NCBI GenBank assembly: GCA_963796275.1
Contig: CAWCKY010000006.1
Span: 864,001-928,000, forward strand
Reading direction: 5' to 3'
Origin: an uncultured Acidobacteriota bacterium
Lineage (GTDB): Bacteria; Acidobacteriota; Blastocatellia; RBC074
DNA: 64,000 bases
The notes below the pieces were generated by a model. The model was not told where the DNA came from. It did not search any database and saw only the letters and a program-made list of their open reading frames with translations. Made by a program: the position numbers and the translations under genes. The stretch's first letter is position 1; each line of letters opens with the position of its first letter. Of this stretch, positions 29,524-38,500 are shown piece by piece.

Positions 29524-30858
29524 ATGTCGCAGGAGCGACTCCCGGAGACAATGACTTCTGACGAGAGCGCAAGCGCTTCCCGTAGTTGGGGTTCGTTACG
29601 CTGGCAGATCGCATTGCTCGTCAGTGCGGCAATCGCCATCAGTTACCTCGATCGGCAGACTCTGCCGGTGGCGATTGACGCGATTCAACGGGACATTCCG
29701 ATCAGCAACACGGAGTATTCGCAACTGAATGTGGCGTTCCTGCTGGCTTATGCCGTGATGTATGCGGGCGGAGGAAGACTGATTGACGCGCTGGGCACGC
29801 GGAGCGGATTCCTCTGGATCATGGTGTTCTGGTCTTTGGCTTGCGCCAGCCATGGTTTGGCGGTCGGATTCGGAATGCTGGCGGTGAGCCGTTTTTTACT
29901 GGGCATCGGCGAAGGCGGCGGTTTTCCGGCCGCGACAAAAGCTGTCTCCGAATGGTTCCCGGCGCGTGAGCGTTCGACTGCGATGGGGATCATCAACGCC
30001 GGGACAGCCGTGGGCGCTGTGATAGCGCCGCCAGTCATGGCCGCCGTTGTTCTAAATTTTGGATGGCGCTGGGTCTTTTTTCTGAGCGGAGCGATCGGAT
30101 TGATGTGGGCGCTCTGGTGGGCGCGCGAGTACTTCGTGCCGGCGCGGCATCCGAGGCTCACGGCGCAGGAACGAGTTGAAATCGCGGAGGTCTTCGTTGC
30201 TATGGATGGACCTTCGCAGCAGAAATCCGAGACGTCATGGATAAGCCTGTTCGCCTTTCCTCAAGTCTGGGGATTGATCCTGGGGAAGTTTTTGAGCGAT
30301 GCCGCCTGGTACTTTTATCTTTTCTGGCTGCCCAAATATCTCTACGACGCGCGCGGCTTCGACACGAAGCAGGTGGGATATTACGCCTGGATCCCTTATG
30401 CCGCGTCGGGGCTGGGGAGTCTGCTGGGCGGCTGGTTTTCGAGCAAGTTATTGCAGGGTGGAAACTCGCTCAACTACTCACGAAAAGTCGCGCTGGGTGC
30501 GAGCGCCGCAGTGATGCCCTTAATACTCTTCGTCACGCAAGTCCCGGTCGAGTGGACCATCGTGCTCTTCAGCATCGCATTTTTCGGGCAGCAATCTTGG
30601 TCGACGCTTGTCATGATTTTGCCGGCGGACATTTTCCCGCGCCGGGTAGTCGGATCGGTCGCGGGCCTTGTCGGTTTCGGCGGCGCGATGGGCGGCGTAG
30701 TTTTCAATTTGATTGCCGGCCGGATGCTGGATAGCGGTTTCGGCTACGGCCCGGTCTTCGCGATCGTGAGCACCTTTCACGTGCTCGCTTTCTTTCTCAT
30801 TTTGCTCACGATACGTGAGATAAAACCCATCGATGTGGGTGACGAACAGAATCGATGA
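29524..30858 (+). CDS. MFS transporter, ExuT-like (hexuronate/sugar acid)
   Basis: 'SYLDRQ', 'RFLLGIGEGGGFP..KAVSEWFPARER', 'WYFYLFWLPKYL'. Confidence 0.88.
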   Translation: MSQERLPETMTSDESASASRSWGSLRWQIALLVSAAIAISYLDRQTLPVAIDAIQRDIPISNTEYSQLNVAFLLAYAVMYAGGGRLIDALGTRSGFLWIMVFWSLACASHGLAVGFGMLAVSRFLLGIGEGGGFPAATKAVSEWFPARERSTAMGIINAGTAVGAVIAPPVMAAVVLNFGWRWVFFLSGAIGLMWALWWAREYFVPARHPRLTAQERVEIAEVFVAMDGPSQQKSETSWISLFAFPQVWGLILGKFLSDAAWYFYLFWLPKYLYDARGFDTKQVGYYAWIPYAASGLGSLLGGWFSSKLLQGGNSLNYSRKVALGASAAVMPLILFVTQVPVEWTIVLFSIAFFGQQSWSTLVMILPADIFPRRVVGSVAGLVGFGGAMGGVVFNLIAGRMLDSGFGYGPVFAIVSTFHVLAFFLILLTIREIKPIDVGDEQNR

Positions 30859-30903
30859 AAATCAATCACGAGGAATTAATCTCCTTTTTATCATTTATCA
30901 CTT

Positions 30904-31899
30904 ATGAGACTGATCCAGCTAATTAACTCACAGGGCGAGCGGCGCGTTTGTCTGGTGGAAGGCGACCGGTTACGTGTGATCGGCCAGCATGCTTCGGTAT
31001 ACGTTCTTGCGCAGACCGCGCTGGCTGCTGAGGCCGCGTTATCAGCGACGGTTAACTATTTCCTCACTTCGGATGAGCTCGGCTACGACGAAATTTACGA
31101 AGGCCGATCTGAATGGAAGATTCTTCCACCGATCGACCATCCCGACGAACCATCTCGATGTATGATCAGCGGAACGGGACTGACGCATAAAGGCAGCGCC
31201 GATAATCGTCAGGCTATGCATGCCGCTGACGCCGCGCCGACCGATAGCATGCGCATGTTTCAATGGGGCCTGGAAGGCGGACGCCCCGCTGAAGGCCAGA
31301 TCGGCGTCTCGCCCGAATGGTTCTACAAAGGGCCGGGCACGATTCTGCGCGCTCACGGCGAATCGCTCGATGTCCCTGCCTATGCCGAGGACGGTGGAGA
31401 AGAAGGAGAGCTCGCCGGCGTCTACCTCATTGACGCGGCGGGGGTGCCTCGGCGTATGGGGATGACGGTCGGCAATGAGTTTTCAGACCATCGTTTTGAA
31501 AAGAAGAACTATTTGTATCTGGCTGCCTCGAAGCTGCGCACCTGCGCCATCGGGCCCGAGCTGACAGTTGATCCCGATTACAGTTCCATACCGGGCGAGG
31601 TGATTATCGAACGTGATGGAGCGGCGATCTGGTCGAAACCGATTCACACCGGTGATGCGGCGATGTCGCACACACTTGAGAACATGGAGCATCACCACTT
31701 CAAACACGACGTGCACCGGCGCCCCGGCGATATTCACATTCATTTCTTCGGCGCGGCAGCGCTCAGCTTCGGCGACGGCGTCGAGTTGAAAGACGGCGAT
31801 GTCATGCAGGTAAGCTTCACTGGCTTCGGTCGCCCGCTGCGTAATCCGGTTTCAATCACACGGGATGCGGAAAACGCTGTTAAAGTTTATCCACTATAA
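30904..31899 (+). CDS. AraD1/GguC family protein (FAH superfamily)
   Basis: 'SGTGLTHKGSA', 'PEWFYKG', 'DGGEEGELAG', 'NEFSDH..EKKNYLYLA.SKLR'. Confidence 0.85.
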   Translation: MRLIQLINSQGERRVCLVEGDRLRVIGQHASVYVLAQTALAAEAALSATVNYFLTSDELGYDEIYEGRSEWKILPPIDHPDEPSRCMISGTGLTHKGSADNRQAMHAADAAPTDSMRMFQWGLEGGRPAEGQIGVSPEWFYKGPGTILRAHGESLDVPAYAEDGGEEGELAGVYLIDAAGVPRRMGMTVGNEFSDHRFEKKNYLYLAASKLRTCAIGPELTVDPDYSSIPGEVIIERDGAAIWSKPIHTGDAAMSHTLENMEHHHFKHDVHRRPGDIHIHFFGAAALSFGDGVELKDGDVMQVSFTGFGRPLRNPVSITRDAENAVKVYPL

Positions 31900-31941
31900 T
31901 ATCTGACAGCTCGAATCGAACATCGAACGTTTCACGATTGC

Positions 31942-33531
31942 CTAGGGCAACCCGAAGACAAACAACGAATATCCGGCGGCGACGGCGATGTGCTGTTTGC
32001 CGTCGATCAAGAAGCTAATTGGATTTGACTCGACCGAGCCGCCTGTCTGGAAATCCCACAGCGGTTTTCCGCTCAACGCGTCCAGCGCATAGAAATTGCC
32101 TTCGTCCGAGCCGCTGAAGACCAATCCGCCCGCCGTCGCCAACACCCCGGCCCATGGCGGTGAATGCAAACGAAACTCCCACATCATCTTCCCCGTCGTC
32201 ACCTCTAATGCGCGGACGGCTCCCCAGGCTTTATCGCCGCCGAGCCTGCGTTCGCCGCCGGCGGTGTACCATAGTCCCGGTTTATATACGGCTTCACCCT
32301 TATAGTAGTACGCGCCCATCTCGCGTGCGGCCACGTAAAAGAGCTTCGTCGAGGGACTGTATGCTGGGCTGAGCCAGTTTGTCCCGCCTTGTAGACTAGG
32401 CCAGATCAGGTTGCCTTCAACTGTCGGTTCAGTGTTCGGCCGTACGATTGGCCGCCCCTTTGCATCAAGCCCCTTTGCCCAGGTCTGTTTGGCGTATGGT
32501 AAGCCATGCAGAAACTCGCCAGTGTCTCGATCGAGCAGGTAGTAAAATGCATTGCGATTCGCCATCGCTACAAGTTTGCGTTGCCGGCCTTGAAACATCG
32601 CTTCCAACAAGACCGGAATCTGATTGGAGTCCCAATCGTGGGTGTCATGAGGGGTGAATTGGAAGTGCCACTTCAACTTCCCGGTCGAAGCATCGAGTGC
32701 GATCAGGGAACAGGTATAGAGATTGTCTCCGGGCCGCACGTCGCCATTCCAATCGGGCGCCGGATTGCCCGTGCCCCAGTAGATAGTGTTGGTCTCCGGG
32801 TCGTACGATCCGGTCGACCATGTCGTGCCGGCTCCGTTCTTCCAACTCTCGCCAGTCCACGTCTCGTGACCAGGTTCGCCTGGCTCCGGGATCGTCCAGA
32901 AGCGCCAGTCCAGCTTTCCGGTCTTCGCATCATAAGCATCGAGGAAACCGCGAACCCCCGCTTCACCCCCGCTGATGCCCACTATGATGCGGCCGTTAAT
33001 CGCCAGCGGTGCGCCGGTAACCGCATACCCCATCCGATGATCGGCGACCTTTGTCTGCCAGCGCACCGTGCCCGACTTGGCATCGAGCGCGACGAGGTAG
33101 CAATCGAGCGTGCCGACGTAAATAGTGTCATCCAGTATCGCCACACCACGATTGACCGGCCCGAAACCTATAGTGCGCACCTTTTGCGCGTCGGGACGAA
33201 TCCAGGTCCAAAGCGGGCGGCCGGTGCGGAGGTCCAGCGCAGTCACCTTCGTTGGTGGCTCCGTCAGGTACATGATGCCGTCAACGACTATCGGAGAAGT
33301 CTCGAAAGTGATTCGATCTTTGATCTGATAGACCCAGACCGTTTTTAACTGGGCGACATTACGTGGCGTGATCTGCGCAAGATGCGAGAAACGATGCCCC
33401 GAGTAGTTGCCGGAATATGTCAGCCAGTGTCCCGGCTCCTTCTCGGCATTCATGATTCTTTGATAAGGCACCTGGGCAGAGACTGCCGACGCGAGACAGA
33501 AGGCAGCGAGCAGCAAATGGGTGAGCTTCAT
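31942..33531 (-). CDS. PQQ-type quinoprotein dehydrogenase (beta-propeller), exported
   Basis: Trp-docking repeats (LDAKSGTVRW, YDAKTGKLDW), 'ETSPIV', 'VNRG', 'GGEAGVRG', 'GTGNPAP', 'PHDTHDWD'. Confidence 0.92.
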   Translation of the reverse strand: MKLTHLLLAAFCLASAVSAQVPYQRIMNAEKEPGHWLTYSGNYSGHRFSHLAQITPRNVAQLKTVWVYQIKDRITFETSPIVVDGIMYLTEPPTKVTALDLRTGRPLWTWIRPDAQKVRTIGFGPVNRGVAILDDTIYVGTLDCYLVALDAKSGTVRWQTKVADHRMGYAVTGAPLAINGRIIVGISGGEAGVRGFLDAYDAKTGKLDWRFWTIPEPGEPGHETWTGESWKNGAGTTWSTGSYDPETNTIYWGTGNPAPDWNGDVRPGDNLYTCSLIALDASTGKLKWHFQFTPHDTHDWDSNQIPVLLEAMFQGRQRKLVAMANRNAFYYLLDRDTGEFLHGLPYAKQTWAKGLDAKGRPIVRPNTEPTVEGNLIWPSLQGGTNWLSPAYSPSTKLFYVAAREMGAYYYKGEAVYKPGLWYTAGGERRLGGDKAWGAVRALEVTTGKMMWEFRLHSPPWAGVLATAGGLVFSGSDEGNFYALDALSGKPLWDFQTGGSVESNPISFLIDGKQHIAVAAGYSLFVFGLP

Positions 33532-34304
33532 TTTTCACCTCGCAAACTTGCCAGGTAGGCGACGAGATCGTCGATCTCCGCGTTTGTGAGCGTAGTTTTA
33601 TAGCTCGGCATGGTCGATACGCCTACTTCCTTCTTCATATCTTTTATTTGTGACTTACGGAAGGAATGGAAACGGTTGTTTGCATCGAACAATTGGATGG
33701 TGAATGAATCCTCGTTAGCGCGTATGCCTCTCACTTTGCGGCCGTCGCGGTCCGTGATAGTTACAATGAGATATCCATCAGGAGATGCAGCCCCCGGATC
33801 GATCAACGCCTCTCGCAGAAATGCCAGGCTGCGGCGTGCGCCCACCGCAGATAGATCGGGTCCGAGAGTGCCGCCCTCGCCGCGCACGATGTGGCAAACA
33901 ACGCAGCCGCCTTTGGTCTCATAGACAGCTTTGCCTTTAGCCGGATCTCCTGGCAGCTTCGTCTCGGCAATGCGGCCAAGCGAGCGCACATAACCTGCTA
34001 CCAGCCCTATTTCACGATCCGTCATCTGCCAAGCCCCTGGCATTTCGCCGCCCGGGATGCCGGATTTGATGACTCCGACCAGAGACTCTTCATCGGTGAC
34101 ATGCCGCATCGTCGGTTGATTAAGCGCAGGCCCTCTGCCCCCAACACCTTCAATGCCATGACATGGCGCACAGTGGCCGATGTACAAACGTTTACTCTGT
34201 GCCAGATCATCGGCTGTTTGCGTTGCGCCGAGATTGTGCTGAGGGTGAGCAATCGCTCCTGCAATAAATAGCCCTAGTAAACCTAAACGCCAGTTATAGT
34301 TCAT
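33528..34304 (-). CDS. Di-haem c-type cytochrome
   Basis: CAPCH and CVVCH, 'GPDLSAVG', 'MPSY...EIDDLVAYLASL'; stop overlaps the dehydrogenase ATG. Confidence 0.9.
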   Translation of the reverse strand: MNYNWRLGLLGLFIAGAIAHPQHNLGATQTADDLAQSKRLYIGHCAPCHGIEGVGGRGPALNQPTMRHVTDEESLVGVIKSGIPGGEMPGAWQMTDREIGLVAGYVRSLGRIAETKLPGDPAKGKAVYETKGGCVVCHIVRGEGGTLGPDLSAVGARRSLAFLREALIDPGAASPDGYLIVTITDRDGRKVRGIRANEDSFTIQLFDANNRFHSFRKSQIKDMKKEVGVSTMPSYKTTLTNAEIDDLVAYLASLRGEK

Positions 34305-34421
34305 AGGTGACTTTGAGAGTTGATACCAGAGGTTTGCTGAAAATCCCGGGTGAAATTTGAGGTATGAAAGCGAATATGTCAACCAAATTCTTATCATCAC
34401 CTCTTTCAGCCCAGGTCGCAC

Positions 34422-37073
34422 TCACTCTCGTCTCAACGCCACCAACGGATCGACCTTTGTCGCTCTGCGCGCGGGCAGGTAACAGGCGAGCAGAGCAACG
34501 CCGATCAACAAGAGCGAGACCCCGGCGAAGGTCGGCAGGTCGGTCGCGGTCACGCCATATAGCATGTTGATCAGCAAGCGTGTAACCGCCCAAGCGGCGA
34601 TCAGTCCGATGGCGATGCCGCCGAGCGTCAGCCTGAGTCCCTGGCGTAGAATCAGACCAAGCACATCGCGGCGTTGTGCGCCCAGAGCCATTCGAATGCC
34701 GACCTCGTGCGTGCGCTGGGTGACCGAATATGACATCACGCCATAGAGGCCGACCGATGCCAGCGCGATTGCCGTTGCCGCGAAGACTGCGAACAACATC
34801 ATCGAAAATCGTAGCTGGCCGGTTGAATTCGTAATGAGCTGGTCGAGCGTCTCAATGCGAAAGACGGGTTGCTCTTTATCGAGTTGTAAGACTTCTCTTC
34901 GAACCGAATCACCGAGGCCGGTCGGATCGCCGGTTGTGCGGACAACCAGCGTCATGAAGGGGAATGGCTCCTGTGTGTGGGGTTCATACGTCTGGGGATA
35001 TATCTGCCGATCCATGCCAAAAATTTTCACGTCGCCGACGATGCCGACGATCTCCCGATAAACTTCGGTACCGTTGTTGAACATGCCGGTCAATTGAATG
35101 CGTTTGCCGATGGGGTCTTCATTCGGAAAATATCTCATCGCCATAGTATTATTGATGATGGCGACGCGAGGCGTGCCTTTCGTATCGAACTCCGTGAAGT
35201 AGCGGCCCTTCATAAGAGGCATGCCCATCGCTTTGAAATAGTTAGGACTCACCGAGTAGTAACCTGTGCCGCCCTGGTTGCCCGCTTGATCGCCAGTCCG
35301 GCCTTCGATTCTGAAACCACTGTCCCTGTGGCCGTACCAGTGGGCGTCGCTAAACGGCACGGCGGAAGCCGCTCCTGCCGTCTGCACGCCGGGCAGGTTC
35401 GAGACTCTCTCGATCAACCGCGAATAGAACGCGGCCTGTCGATCTTGTTCGGAATATTTCCTCTCCGTCAATGAGATAGAGACCGTCAGGGCGTTTTCCG
35501 GATTGAAACCGGGATCGACTTTTTGTAGGCCGAGAAAACTCCTCATAACCAATCCGGCACCAACCAGTAAGACCAGCGATATCGCGACCTCAATCACGAC
35601 CAGAGCGTTGCGCACGACTTGCCGGCGCCCGCCCTCGGTAGAACCGCGCCCGGCGTCTTTCAGCATCTCGTTCAGGTTTGGTTTTGATGCCGACAAGGCG
35701 GGAACCAGGCCGAAAATCAATCCCGTCAGGAGAGTAATGCCGGTGGTGAATGCGAGAATGCGAACATCGAGAGAGACATCCATAATGCGGGGCCAAAAGT
35801 TACCAGCGATCGCCATCATAATTTTGAGTCCCCAACTGGCAAGCGTCAATCCGATGATCCCGCCTGCCAGCGACAAGAGCAGGCTCTCCGTGAGGAGCTG
35901 GCGAACGATGCGCCGCCGGCTCGCACCCAGTGCGGTACGAACGGCAATCTCTTTGCGCCGGACGGCGGCCCGGGCCAGGAGCAGGTTCGCAACGTTTGCG
36001 CAAGCGATCAAGAGCACGAAGGCGACTGCGCCTAGCAGGAGCAGCAACGACGGCCTGACGTAGCTGACGGCTTCTTCGACCATCGGATTGACTATCACAT
36101 TCCAGCCCGTGTTGGTATCTGGATACTGCTTAGCAAGCCGGTCAGCGATAGCGCTCATTTCCGTGCGCGCCTGTTCGAGCGTGCTCTCGGGTTTGAGCCG
36201 TCCGAAGACATTGAGGGGGCCGCTTCTGCGGTTCTGGACTTGCTCAGCCGTGAAAGCGATAGGTGCCCAGAGTTGGTCATCTTGGAAACGGAAGCCTCGG
36301 TTCGGCGGCAATACGCCGATCACTATGAACGGCTGATCGTCTAGCTTGATCGACTGATTCAGGATGTTCGGATCACCGCCGAACTGCCGCTGCCAGAGTT
36401 CGTGAGTGAGGATCACTACATTGTTCCGTCCTGGCCGATCATCATCGGGGAGGAAGTCGCGACCGATTCGCGGCCGAATGCCGAACAACGAGAAAAATCC
36501 ATGAGTGATGACCATACCGCGTAACCGCGCAGGGTTGTCACCGCCCAGGTTAAAATTCTTGACATTGCAGGCTTCGAGCTGCTCGAAGACAGTGTTCTGC
36601 ATCTGCCAATCGAGGAAATTGGCCGGCAAGGGGGAGCGGCGAGGGATTTCCGGCAGTCTCGTCTCCCATAACCACATAAGCCTGTCTGGGGCTTTATACG
36701 GATACGGACGCAGCAGTACAGCATTCACCACGCTGAAGATCGCCGTGTTCGCGCCGATTCCCAGCGCCAGAGTCAGCACCGCGACCGCTGTAAAGCCGGG
36801 ATTCTTGCGCAACATCCGCAGGCCATACCGGAGGTCATGCCATAACTCCTCGATCATTCTCACACCGCGGGCGTCGCGGCATCGCTCTTTGGCCTGTTCC
36901 ATGCCGCCAAAGTTTTTGAGCGCAGCATATCGGGCATCTTCATGGTTCATCCCGTGACGGACGTTCTGCTCGATCTCTCGTTCCAGATGTGAGCGCAGCT
37001 CCTCGTTGAGCTCGCTCTCCGCTTCTGCCTTGCGCAATAAGCCGCGCAGCCGCAACCTCATCCGTTCAAACAT
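34422..37073 (-). CDS. ADOP-type duplicated ABC permease (MacB/FtsX domains)
   Basis: '[13 protein letters not shown]', '[15 protein letters not shown]', '[10 protein letters not shown]', '[10 protein letters not shown]', '[17 protein letters not shown]'; no adjacent ATPase. Confidence 0.93.
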   Translation of the reverse strand: MFERMRLRLRGLLRKAEAESELNEELRSHLEREIEQNVRHGMNHEDARYAALKNFGGMEQAKERCRDARGVRMIEELWHDLRYGLRMLRKNPGFTAVAVLTLALGIGANTAIFSVVNAVLLRPYPYKAPDRLMWLWETRLPEIPRRSPLPANFLDWQMQNTVFEQLEACNVKNFNLGGDNPARLRGMVITHGFFSLFGIRPRIGRDFLPDDDRPGRNNVVILTHELWQRQFGGDPNILNQSIKLDDQPFIVIGVLPPNRGFRFQDDQLWAPIAFTAEQVQNRRSGPLNVFGRLKPESTLEQARTEMSAIADRLAKQYPDTNTGWNVIVNPMVEEAVSYVRPSLLLLLGAVAFVLLIACANVANLLLARAAVRRKEIAVRTALGASRRRIVRQLLTESLLLSLAGGIIGLTLASWGLKIMMAIAGNFWPRIMDVSLDVRILAFTTGITLLTGLIFGLVPALSASKPNLNEMLKDAGRGSTEGGRRQVVRNALVVIEVAISLVLLVGAGLVMRSFLGLQKVDPGFNPENALTVSISLTERKYSEQDRQAAFYSRLIERVSNLPGVQTAGAASAVPFSDAHWYGHRDSGFRIEGRTGDQAGNQGGTGYYSVSPNYFKAMGMPLMKGRYFTEFDTKGTPRVAIINNTMAMRYFPNEDPIGKRIQLTGMFNNGTEVYREIVGIVGDVKIFGMDRQIYPQTYEPHTQEPFPFMTLVVRTTGDPTGLGDSVRREVLQLDKEQPVFRIETLDQLITNSTGQLRFSMMLFAVFAATAIALASVGLYGVMSYSVTQRTHEVGIRMALGAQRRDVLGLILRQGLRLTLGGIAIGLIAAWAVTRLLINMLYGVTATDLPTFAGVSLLLIGVALLACYLPARRATKVDPLVALRRE

Positions 37074-37109
37074 AAAAAATATCGCTCCTCTCGGCATTTG
37101 ATAGGTGTC

Positions 37110-37142
37110 AATTTAGTAGCCGACCTATCAGATGTCAATAGG
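37110..37142 (-). promoter_or_regulatory. Sigma70 promoter overlapped by a dyad operator
   Basis: TTGACA-17 nt-TAAATT, inside CCTATTGACATCTGATAGG. Confidence 0.65.
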
Positions 37143-37219
37143 AAGAATGAGGATTGCATTTCCGCCAGACTATGGAGAGGTAATAGGAGTTTGTCTTAAG
37201 AATAAGTGAAGACCGTGTC

Positions 37220-37307
37220 AAATCAGTACCGCGAGCGGTAGCGAGCGTGGCTTGCAGACTCAGGCGCTTGCGGAAACTACGCTCGCTACCGCTCGCGGTA
37301 CTGATTT
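37220..37307. repeat. REP-like perfect 29-bp inverted repeat
   Basis: AAATCAGTACCGCGAGCGGTAGCGAGCGT and its exact reverse complement, 30-nt spacer. Confidence 0.9.
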
Positions 37308-37370
37308 CCCTGTCGCCCTAATTGTCAAACTCTTATCCGGATTGGGCTCTTAACACAGCAAAACTATCCC

Positions 37371-38258
37371 TCACGGCAGCGTGAGCACCGCGCCGACACC
37401 AGCCTGATCGAAGCGCTCCTTGAAGCGTTCGAGAAACACGGCAAAGCCGAGTTCGCTCGTACAATGGCCGGGAGCCACGCGTTCGATTTTGAGCGTGTCG
37501 TGGAGTGCGTTCGCGACGCGCTGCACTTCCTCCCGAGGGGTGAGAACGAGGTGGAAGCCGCCCGTCACCGTGTACAGCCGAGAATCGATCTTCCCGGCTT
37601 CTCCCAGAATCTTCTCGACGCCCGGATGCGAGCATCCGACAACGACGGCGAGTTTCGGCGTGCGAATAGCGAGTGAGGCCTCGTTCATCTCGAGCGTGCC
37701 CGGCTTTTGTGATTGCGTTGTGAGCACGTAGAAGCCGGGAAATATCTCTCTCGGATTCGTCACTGTCACGAAATTCGCCTTCTCCCATGGCGTCCCCAGG
37801 GCCACGCGTTCAGGCTGCTTCCCTTCGTAGTAGTGCAGATTGGTGGGAAGGTCGGGATATGGCTTCAGGAACTCCCGCGGCACGGTACCGGTGAAGAACG
37901 CGCCTTCCTGGGGCACGTAAATCTTGACGCTCGAATTTGCCTCCAAAAGATATGCCAGTCCGCTCGTGTGATCTCCATGGCGATGAGAGATAACGACGGC
38001 ATCGAGCTTACCCAGGTCAATGCCGAGTCGCTTGACGTTTTGCTCAAAAATTTTGGCATTGTTGCCGGTGTCGAAGAGAATACGCCTCCCGTCGTATTCC
38101 ACCAGCGCAGCGAACCCCCAGTCCTTCTGAAGGGCGGATGGCTCACCGAACGCGTCGTAGATGATAGTAATGCGCTTCGCTTCTTGCGCACTCGCTGTTA
38201 ATGCGAGGGCGACGAAAATAGTTGCAATGACTGCGCACCGATTGCTTATCCGGTTCAT
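37371..38258 (-). CDS. MBL-fold metallo-hydrolase, exported
   Basis: 'ILFDTG', 'SHRHGDH', 'GCSHPG', 'GGFHL', 'PGHCT'. Confidence 0.9.
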   Translation of the reverse strand: MNRISNRCAVIATIFVALALTASAQEAKRITIIYDAFGEPSALQKDWGFAALVEYDGRRILFDTGNNAKIFEQNVKRLGIDLGKLDAVVISHRHGDHTSGLAYLLEANSSVKIYVPQEGAFFTGTVPREFLKPYPDLPTNLHYYEGKQPERVALGTPWEKANFVTVTNPREIFPGFYVLTTQSQKPGTLEMNEASLAIRTPKLAVVVGCSHPGVEKILGEAGKIDSRLYTVTGGFHLVLTPREEVQRVANALHDTLKIERVAPGHCTSELGFAVFLERFKERFDQAGVGAVLTLP

Positions 38259-38500
38259 CGCTCTACCTCCTTAAAAATCCTTCTTCCTGCTATGTGTTTT
38301 CTTTGCCTCTGTGGCTGGTTCTTGCGTTCGCTCAGGGAAGCCGGAATAAAGAAATCGAGATCCGATTCCCTTGCAATATAGTGAATCATGGTAGAGCATT
38401 TGTACACTTTTCCAGATTCAACGATCAATTTGTGTGATCACCCTCAATATCGCGGGGGCATCTTCACAAGCCTATAACCGAATAAACACAAGGAGTGGTT

